Virus record (IMG/VR): IMGVR_UViG_3300025655_003289
Location: 743 to 64,742 of that record
DNA length: 64,000 nt
DNA from: a virus
Lineage: Duplodnaviria > Caudoviricetes
Direction: 5' to 3' (one strand)
The notes beneath the pieces were generated by a model. That model searched no databases. It saw only the letters and a program-made list of their open reading frames with translations, and was not told the origin of the DNA. The translations under genes and the position numbers were made by a program. This document shows positions 29,095 to 38,600 of this stretch, piece after piece; within the stretch, counting starts at the first letter, position 1, and each line of letters opens with the position of its first letter.

Positions 29095-30315
29095 ATGGCA
29101 AAGATAATTCAAGTACAATACTACAATACAATCATAGTCAAGCCAGACGGAACGAATGGTAATTGGCATATAGAAGAGTCTAGGATTAAAGGGGCTTATA
29201 ACGCTAAATCTATGGATTATGGCGTTAGGGCTCATATTGTAGATGAAAATTACGATGTTCAAAATAGGACGAATAGCCTTATATACTCAGGTATATACAA
29301 CAACAGAACTGGAGTAAACAATACAAATCAATTCCCAATAGACAAGCCTATAACGCTGTCTGTAGATATACAGCAAGGATCCATACAAAAATTATTCGCT
29401 GAAGATCAGATACTTAATATATTCCAAGAGGAGAAAGTTAGATATGTTCCAATTGATAAGGATATAATATATACAGCCGAAGGAGTTCCAATATCAACAT
29501 CAACAAACGTATTTTTAGGCGATATAGTATCTTATGGAACTAACTATGGAATTGGAAAGAATCCAGAGAGCTTTAGTTATTATGCTGGAAGAAAATATTT
29601 CGTAGACAAACCAAAAGGGGCTGTATTGAGGTTATCTAGAGATGGCATAACTGAAATATCAAACTACGGGATGCGTAGCTTCTTTAGAGACAACCTATCT
29701 GGTTCAAGTGAAATACATACTGCATGGGACGTACACAACAAAGAATTGGTTTTAACATGCATAAAGCCATCTGACAGCTTCACCATTTCATTTGATGAGT
29801 CTGTTAATGGATGGGTTTCATTCTACAGCTATATACCACAAGGATTCTCTGGAAGTTTAGATGGTAATTTCTATACATTCAAAAACAACAATATATACGA
29901 GCATTATTCAAATCCAGAAAGCTACAATAATTTCTACGGAACCTCTTATAGTTCTGTAGTTGATTTTGTATTTAACAGCCAGCCTTCAGTAAATAAAAAC
30001 TTTTATACTATAAATTATGAAGGAACAGATTCGTGGAATATAACTAATATAATAACGGATTCAGATTCAGCTGAGAATATACCGGCTTATAATATAAGTA
30101 ACCAAGACTTAATAATATCTGGATTCCAAAAAATACATAATAAATACTATTCCAACATAATGAACTCTACAACGTCTAATCCAAATGAGGTTGTATTTGG
30201 AGCTGAGATGTCTGGAATAAAAGGATTCTTTGCATCAATGAAGATACAAACATCGTCCACATCCTACAAAGAATTATTTTCAGTATCAACAAATTACAAT
30301 ATAAATACTTACTAA
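29095..30315 (+). CDS. Tail muzzle/stabilisation protein, C-terminal part
   Basis: GSIQKL, YGIGKNPESF, GAVLRLSRDGITEIS, GWVSFYSY. Confidence 0.7.
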   Translation: MAKIIQVQYYNTIIVKPDGTNGNWHIEESRIKGAYNAKSMDYGVRAHIVDENYDVQNRTNSLIYSGIYNNRTGVNNTNQFPIDKPITLSVDIQQGSIQKLFAEDQILNIFQEEKVRYVPIDKDIIYTAEGVPISTSTNVFLGDIVSYGTNYGIGKNPESFSYYAGRKYFVDKPKGAVLRLSRDGITEISNYGMRSFFRDNLSGSSEIHTAWDVHNKELVLTCIKPSDSFTISFDESVNGWVSFYSYIPQGFSGSLDGNFYTFKNNNIYEHYSNPESYNNFYGTSYSSVVDFVFNSQPSVNKNFYTINYEGTDSWNITNIITDSDSAENIPAYNISNQDLIISGFQKIHNKYYSNIMNSTTSNPNEVVFGAEMSGIKGFFASMKIQTSSTSYKELFSVSTNYNINTY

Positions 30316-30316
30316 T

Positions 30317-31255
30317 ATGAACGAGGCAATAATAGAGTTTCTGTTTGGCTCTGGAGAGTATCAAAAAGCCATAGCTCCATTAGTAGTCGCTGGTATAGCC
30401 CAGGGAGTTTCTAGCCTTATAGGTGCTTTTAGTGCTGGGAAGCAAAAGAGAGAAGCTAGAAGAGCCGCTAGGCAATATGAGGCTGACTTAAAAAGACTTG
30501 AGGCTAATAGGCAAGAGATAATAGATCCATACGCTGGAGTAACTGATTTAAGCTCCATGATAAGGAATCCGTATGCAAATCTTCAAGTGGCAACTCAAGC
30601 AGCTCAAATGCAAGCCGAACAAACAGATATTGGGTTAGCATCGACATTAGATGTTCTAAGAGCTACTGGAACTGGGGCGGGAGGAGCTACAGCTCTTGCG
30701 AGGGAAGCTGCCGCTAGCAAGCAAGGAATATCTGCAAGCATAGAGGCTCAAGAGGTTAAAAATGCTCAATTAAGGGCTCAAGGAGAGCAAGCAATGCAAC
30801 AAGCTAGGATGTCTGAGGCTATACGACAACAGCAAGCCGATGTTTCTGGCCAAATGTTTGTTTACGGACAAAGAGAGCAAAGGGAATTGGCTCAATTAGA
30901 GAGAACCGCATCCCTGGGAGAGCAATATAGAGCTCAGGAGGCTCAAGCAAGAACTCAACAGAACCAAGCGTTAGGACAATTAATAGGAACAGCAGCCAGT
31001 TTTGGAGCTCAGGCTCTAGGAGGCGCGTTTAAGGGTTCTGCTGTATCGCAAACATCTGGAGGATCTTTAGGTTATTCTCCTTCATATCAAAATGCGCTTT
31101 CAAATCCATCAGCAACACTTGGAAATTTCTCAAGCATTACAGATATGCAAATTCCTTATTCTACTCAATTTGGAATAAATAATTTCACAAGTAAATATTC
31201 CAACCCATTAAGCGCATTCGGAGCTTCATCTCAGTTTTTAAATACAGTTGATTAG
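30317..31255 (+). CDS. Ejection / internal virion protein
   Basis: A/Q/G-rich helical protein after the tail genes. Confidence 0.6.
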   Translation: MNEAIIEFLFGSGEYQKAIAPLVVAGIAQGVSSLIGAFSAGKQKREARRAARQYEADLKRLEANRQEIIDPYAGVTDLSSMIRNPYANLQVATQAAQMQAEQTDIGLASTLDVLRATGTGAGGATALAREAAASKQGISASIEAQEVKNAQLRAQGEQAMQQARMSEAIRQQQADVSGQMFVYGQREQRELAQLERTASLGEQYRAQEAQARTQQNQALGQLIGTAASFGAQALGGAFKGSAVSQTSGGSLGYSPSYQNALSNPSATLGNFSSITDMQIPYSTQFGINNFTSKYSNPLSAFGASSQFLNTVD

Positions 31256-31257
31256 AC

Positions 31258-32643
31258 ATGAGTTATACGAATCCACAAATATTTACATCGGACCCAACCG
31301 CATTCTCTAAAGGGTTTGAGGCTTCATTTCAAAAGTTTCAAGACGCATTCGAAGCCGAAAGAAAAGAGAAAGAGAGAATAGCTAAAGAGAAAGATGAGGC
31401 TCTAGCGCAAGCATACAATGCATCAGATATAAGTGATGTAGTAGGCCTAGATACAAGGATAATGGATGGTATCCAAAAATCTATGGACGCTATTATAGAT
31501 AGAGGAGATTTTGCCAACGCAAGCGCTTCAGAACAAGCTAAAATGTTGAGAAAGGTCTCTTCTATAAAAAATACCGTGTCTAGACTTGGTGATTTGGCGT
31601 CTATAGACCCAAATGATTGGGATTCCAGGAACTCCGATAAACTAACAGAGCTAAAAAACGCAATGCTTAAAGGAGATAAAAGCATTCGTATAGAAGGAAC
31701 TGGTTTGGACTTGAAAATAGTTGGTGACTTTGGAGAGGTGTCTTTAGACGAGTTGTCATCGGCAAAATTCATGAAGAAAAGTGATTATTCTCCTGATTAT
31801 GACGCTATAAATTCTCAATTTAGGAAAAATGCAGACGAATATCTTAAGCTAGCTGTTCAAACTGGAACATCTTTGGAGGATGTAAAATCAGCGTTAAAAA
31901 TGCAATTCACTGGATTACTGCAAAATGAAAGTGACCCAGAGTTGTTAAGCTATCTTTTTAGCAACAATCTATCAAACGACACAAAGCTATTGGCAAAAGG
32001 GAGGTATTATGGAGATCCTGAGGTAACTAAAAATATGTCTTCAAAAGAAGCTTCTGAATTTTACAACAGGCAATTTACGTTAATGGCAGACGAATTAGCG
32101 GACAAAGCAATTAAGTCTGTATTTGACTACTCTCCATTTGCGAAATACTATCAAGATCAAATCAATATTAAAGAGCAAGAATTAGCGCTAGAGCAATACA
32201 AGGCCACTACTCAAAGAATGTCAGCCTCAAAAGAAAATCAAAAAAGCGTTACCGAGAGAAACTGGCAAATAACCAGGGACTCTTCAGAAAAAGCATTGTC
32301 AATGACAGATCAAGTTCAATGGTTCAGAGACTTGTCTTCTATGGCTTTAGATAAAAAAACAAGTCCATCATCAGATACTGAATTATTTAGGCTGCTGCAA
32401 GTAGCAAATTATAGTATAGAGTCGCCTATAAAAGATGAAGAGACTGGAAATATAATAGGATATACTATAACTCCAAAAGCAGGAGCTTTAGGAAAGAAAG
32501 AATCCCTCATACTTGGAAGGGGTGAATCTTCATTAAGAGCAACATTAAAAAATCTATTCCAGTCAAACATAAACAGCGCTATATCCTTTTCAAGAGATGT
32601 TAATACTCCTTCAACTGGAACTGGAGAACTAGATGGTTTATAA
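31258..32643 (+). CDS. Ejection / internal virion protein
   Basis: Helical, in the expected position. Confidence 0.55.
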   Translation: MSYTNPQIFTSDPTAFSKGFEASFQKFQDAFEAERKEKERIAKEKDEALAQAYNASDISDVVGLDTRIMDGIQKSMDAIIDRGDFANASASEQAKMLRKVSSIKNTVSRLGDLASIDPNDWDSRNSDKLTELKNAMLKGDKSIRIEGTGLDLKIVGDFGEVSLDELSSAKFMKKSDYSPDYDAINSQFRKNADEYLKLAVQTGTSLEDVKSALKMQFTGLLQNESDPELLSYLFSNNLSNDTKLLAKGRYYGDPEVTKNMSSKEASEFYNRQFTLMADELADKAIKSVFDYSPFAKYYQDQINIKEQELALEQYKATTQRMSASKENQKSVTERNWQITRDSSEKALSMTDQVQWFRDLSSMALDKKTSPSSDTELFRLLQVANYSIESPIKDEETGNIIGYTITPKAGALGKKESLILGRGESSLRATLKNLFQSNINSAISFSRDVNTPSTGTGELDGL

Positions 32644-32665
32644 ACAAAACTATATTTAACTGATA

Positions 32666-35600
32666 ATGGAAAAATTATATCAAGCTCTCTACTCTAGTGG
32701 AAAGTATACAAAATCATTTGATGAATTTAAGACTCAGTTCGGAACTGAAGAAGGAGCCAAAAAATTATATTCAGCACTAAACTCAAAAGGCTCATATACA
32801 AAATCATTTGATGATTTTAAAACTCAATTTGGATTTGAATTTAAAGGAGCATTAGTTGATCAAGAACCTACAGCTGCAGAATCAAAAACTGAACAACCTT
32901 CTTTTGAAGATCAGTATGCTGCAATGTCAGAGGAAATGATGAAACAATATACGCCTCAACAAGCAAAGACAGAGCCACAGGATGCGGGTGCGACTGTGGA
33001 AGAGGGTGTAGCACCCGGTACGGAATTATCATCGGGAGATGGTTCTTCGGATTCTCAAGAGGAATACGTTGATTCCGACACAGCTATAGCTGATTTTTAT
33101 ATAAAAGACGGGAAGAAAATACCATTAACAGCTGAAGAGTATAAAGATATTAGTTTTATTAGCAAGGACTTTGATTACACTCTTGGTGATTCCTATATAA
33201 TAAAAGGTCCTGGTCTAGGTGAAAATGGAGTTTCGTATAATAAGAAGGAGATTATTGAGGCGGCTAATCAGTACAATATGTCTCCATCAGCTTATTTACA
33301 AAGCTTTATTAATAACCCGAAGTATGGCGTCAGTGTAAAACAAGGTGGTCAGACGGGTGGATTAGAAGTTCCAGAGACTGTCATAAGTGCAAAAGCTCCA
33401 GAGATTACTAGATCCGAGACATACACAGAGTATGTGGACACCCCGAAAGGAACAATCCCAGTAGAAAGAACGAAGACTGTATCTGTAAATGATGAGGTTG
33501 AAAAATACAAGAACGATGTATTAGACCCAATTGATAATGAAATAAGAAGGAAGCAGGACGAGATAAACTCACTGCTCACTGATGCTTATGAATCTCAAAA
33601 CGAGTCTGAATCTAAAAAAATACAAGGAAAGATAGATGAGCTATATGTCGAAAAAGAATCTCTAAATCAAAAGAGAGAAAAAGAGATTGGATATTTCATG
33701 AGGAATTATAGCGAGGTTGAGCAAAAAGTTGTAAGCAATCTCCTTATGTCTGATACTCAATCCAACATCGACAAAGCTCTTGGATTAAAATCTAAGTTAG
33801 ACTTAAAAAGAAAGGCGTTAAGCGACTTTAGAGATGACAATAATATAGAGTTGCTCGTTGGACAACTTAAAGGTTTTGACAGTCAACTTCTTGATATAGA
33901 GAAAAAAATAAAGTCAGCAACAAGCGAGTCTGAAGCTAGAGTTTTGCTTGGTGAGTTTATGGATATATACAAGTCCCCAGCTTACGAAAATCTATATAAC
34001 AAGCTTAGCACAATAGGCAGGGTAAGGGATGAGTTGATAAAAGACAACACGGAGTTAATGTCTATGACTGACGATGTTAATCTTGAAGAAAACATCAAAA
34101 AAGCTGCTGCTACAGATTATAAAAAGTCATCAATGGCACTTAGAGATGTTGATAGGTTTCTAGGAAAAACTATGATTGGCTTGTCTGTTATAACGCCTTT
34201 TGTTAGTACAGAAGAAAAGGATAAATTAGAAGCTGAAATAACAGCTGCATTCGACGAGAGATGGAAGAATGTGGCTCAACCATTAAACCTAGATGATTTT
34301 AAGTCTGGGAAGGTGTCTTTTGGAGATTATATTGGAGAGGTTCTCGCTTCTAACGCCGCATCTACTGTAGGTAGTGTCATGATGTACGCTTTACCAGGCG
34401 GTCAGGTTATAGCCCCAACTATATTCGGGTTATCACAGGCTGGTCAAAAGAAATCAGACTTAAAGTACTACAACAGAATGATAGATGCTCAAATGGAGCA
34501 ACTAAAAAAGTCTCTAGAAAATCCAGACAACAAAGATAATCAAGATGAAATAATATCTGAAATAGATAAGCTAGAGCAGTTGAAATACACGGATAACGAC
34601 ATATTCTATTCTGCTGTAATGAGTGGCGTTATTGAGGGTGGGATAACTAGACTTGCTGGAGCTTTAGGTACTGGGCAGTTAAAAATCCCTGGAGCAGGTA
34701 GGCTATTCGAGGGAACTAAAATAGGGAAGGCGTTTTATGACCCCAGTAAATTAAAGCTTCTTAAAAAGGGTGGTGGAATGACTCTTGGAGAGCTTTCTGA
34801 AGAATACCCAATTGCATATCTAGACAAGACTCTTGTGGATAATTTGTGGCTGGGTCAAGGAAGGAGTGCTAGTAAAATATGGCAAGATATATCAGACATA
34901 ACCACATGGGATATGACTGCCAATATATTGATAAACTCAGGAGGAAGCGGTCTTGCTTTTGGTTCTATATCAGCAATGTCTCCATTGGTTAATAACGCCA
35001 GAGAGAACGCAAGGAGAAGAGAGCAGTTTGGTAAGTTAATGAACTATAAGAATATCTTAAATGATAGAAGCTTAGATTATGGTCAAAGGATGGAGGCGGA
35101 TAAGGAGTACAAAAAACTACTTGCCGAGATTTCCATAAACGAACAAAATGCATGGGCTAGAATGCTTTCTTTAAGTAGTGAGGAGTTTCAAGAAGTTTAT
35201 GATTTGACTTACAAAAAAGCTCAAGTAAAAAACAAAGTAGCTGAGTTAACAAGAAAGCAGATAACGCAAGGGGACAAGGTTCAAAATAAAAATGTACAGT
35301 CAATATTAACTGACTTAGATAATGAGTATAGGGGATATGATGATAGGATAAGTGAATTAATTGACCAAAAAGATGGGGATCTAAAGGCAAAGGATTTCCT
35401 CTATATGGCTAATTATCAAGCTGCTTTAGGTGTTTCAAAGGCAAAGTCCGGCAGAAATTTCTTCAAAATGGGGGACGCATACATGGATCTTGTTAATGCA
35501 GCAAATGATGTTCAGTTAAAAATTGAGAGAGGTGAGCAAGTCGATCAAAATGAAATAAATAATATTGCTGAGCAACTCGCATCTAGATTAGAGAATGACA

Positions 35601-38600
35601 ATATGTTTATGAATGTCCCTGAAAAATCCAGGATAAATTTCATAGAGAGCATAAGAAAAAGTCCACGAACAGCGTTTGAGGTGTTAACTGCGAATGCTAA
35701 TGCTAACCACGGAATTACATTTGTCAATGATTCAAAGATAAAGAGCGTCATAAAAGACGAAAAACTTAGTGAATTTGACAAAACAATGGCTGCAATCGCT
35801 CCAAAGCACGAGGTTGGACACCATTATATGACGGTGAAGAACATAGAAAATATGGACGAGTCGATCATAGATAGAGCTTACGAGGATTTAAAAAATAAGA
35901 TAAATCGCAAGATATATAAAAATAGAAATCGTGCATTAAGCAATGAGGTTGAAGAAAGAATAAAGACGTATGAAGCGATAGCAGGAGGAAATAAAAAGTT
36001 GAAGTTTGAGGAGCTGATGAATTTATACTCTGACTTAAACTCTATAGGCTTCATCAATGACTCCGATATAGATTCTTCTTTTAGATTTAAAGATTTATTT
36101 AGGATTGGACAGAAAGATTTATTTGGCGAGTTAGATTCTGCTGCTGAATCTTCAGACATAAACTCTTCAATAATGAACCACTTGAGGTCATTTGAAGGTT
36201 TCTGGAAGAGTAAAAATAATCTTAGCGGTGGTTTGTCCAGAGGTAATGGAAGTCTGCTTAGTGTAGGGGAAAAGAGAGCTATGTACGATAAGATGTTTCG
36301 TAGTGGCGAAATAGACATGGACCAATATACAGATGCAATAATGAAGATTGCTGATGAGCAAGAAAAGAGTCCTAGTTCATGGAAGTCTGTGTTTAATGAA
36401 GCTCAAGAAACAATGGACCTCAACAATAAGACGGAGATACTTAACAGGCCAAAAGTAAGGAAAGCTTTAAAACAGCTCATCGAATATAACGCTAAAGACG
36501 TTATTGGCGCTGCTAAAATATCTGAATATGAAAAAGAGTCTTTTATCGATGATGTTATAGATGGTTGGGGAGGAAAAACAGGACTTGCTCACAGATTAAA
36601 AACATACGATCCTTCTCTTAAAAAATTAAACGGATACTTAACTGACAAGGTTAGGCAAGAAGCTCTAAACTTAGCTAATAGCACAAAGTACAAGAAAGAG
36701 CAGTACGACGTTAGAACTGATGACTACGAAGCTGGATATGACATCGCTTATCAAGATAACTTTGACGAGGCATTTGACCATCGTATTTTTGACGAAGGAG
36801 ATGTTTTAATAGATCCTATATCTATATTTAAGGATAAGGCTTTTGAATCAAAGGCGTCGGCAGAGGTAAGATCTAAATTTAATACTAGCGAGAAAGCCAA
36901 AATGTTTTTTGGAGACACTAGTAATTTAGTAACGGAATCTTTATCTGAGAAATTTCAAATACGAGAAGAGAGATTCTTAAAAGAAACTGGACAATTAAAT
37001 GCTGATGAATTAAACTCTTCAGCAAAAATAATATTCGACGCTGCTGAGGATATATATAATATATTACCTGATGCAAACTACGTTCTAGATCCAGCTTCGG
37101 CGGAAGGTAGAGGTATTAGCGTAAACATGAAGAGATTACTTCTTGATAACTTCTATGAGGTTGATTTAACAAGGCCAGAAGTCAATCCTAATACCGGTCG
37201 ACTTAAAAGGGAATTTGAAGAGGGTGTAGCTAAGACTGGTAAAAAAGTTACTGGAGCTAGCTCAGGAGTCGTTAAGTTCAAGAAACAGTTCAATAAAGGA
37301 GAGTTTTTGTCGATGCTTGGTATTAATGAAGATGGCACAAATAACTCATTTAGAGGTAAAAGTGATGAAGCTAATTTAAGACTTGCTGTTTTAAGGCAGA
37401 TTGGTAAATTAATAACCAATACCGAAGGGAGAAAAATAATGGAAGAGATGGGTGTTCCAACTCAAATGATAGTTGATTTCGGGGCCGGAAGGAGTAGTAG
37501 CATGCTTTCTGCTGGGAAAGCATTTACAAGGTCTAAGTTTAAATTTGTAGATTCAGAATTAAACATAACAGAAGAAAATATTAGAGAGACAATAGAGTCT
37601 TTAGATAGCGACGAGGATTTGTATAGATATGGAAACTATATGATGTCTCAGATGATGAATGACGAGAAGTTGTCTGATATGTTCTTCAAGATGGTTTTAA
37701 AGCTATATGAGTTAAAAGCTACAAGGTCTAAAGCGCAAACATTATTGACGATGCACCCTGGCATCAAAGGAATTTTCAATAAGAAGGGTGTTGATGCTAA
37801 ATCGGTACTTATAGGGTTAGCTGAGATATATAATAATAAAAAGGATTCTAGAATATTATCCGAGTACTCTCAGAAAGCTTACAATGTAATATCAAACTTA
37901 ATAAACGATACTGGCCTTAGTATAGACATAGCTAAATACATATTCCACTTCGATGCGGAAAATAAATCTAGTGTTGGCTCTGGAAAATTTGACGTTTCAG
38001 AGAAAACCAGTAAATACGCCGAAAAAACAAAGGAGGAGTTTAATAAGTTTAGGGAGGAAGGTATTGACAACAAGCTTTTCTTCTCGAATAAATTGAGTTC
38101 TGAGATCAATAAATATTTAAGGGAAACAGTTGGTCAAGATAACGAAACAAGGCTAAAGCATGTCGAAGGTCTTATAGAAAAAGCAAAAAAATACAATAGC
38201 TTAAAGCTTAACATAAGAAACACTGTTATCTCTGGATTGCACGACATGTTGTCTGATCCAAATCTAACTCCAGAACAATACACTGAAGCTGTTGCATACG
38301 CAACTTATGCATTAATCAACACTGGGTCTGGAACTAAAAACTTAGTGGAGATAAGCAAAGATCACAGTATGATAAGTGAGAATACTTTGATTAGAGGTGA
38401 CAAGTCTACTCTTTCGGTTATAGAAAAGAAAAAACAAAATCCAAAAGTAAAGCATCAACCTTATGTTCAAATAGAGCACGCTGTAACTACATCAAGTTAT
38501 GACGTTCAAGCAGCTATGTCCGCCATCACTGGTAAAATACCTTCGAACAACTATAGATATAGAGGAGGTGTTGTCGATGCCTCATACTCGAGAAATGTAG

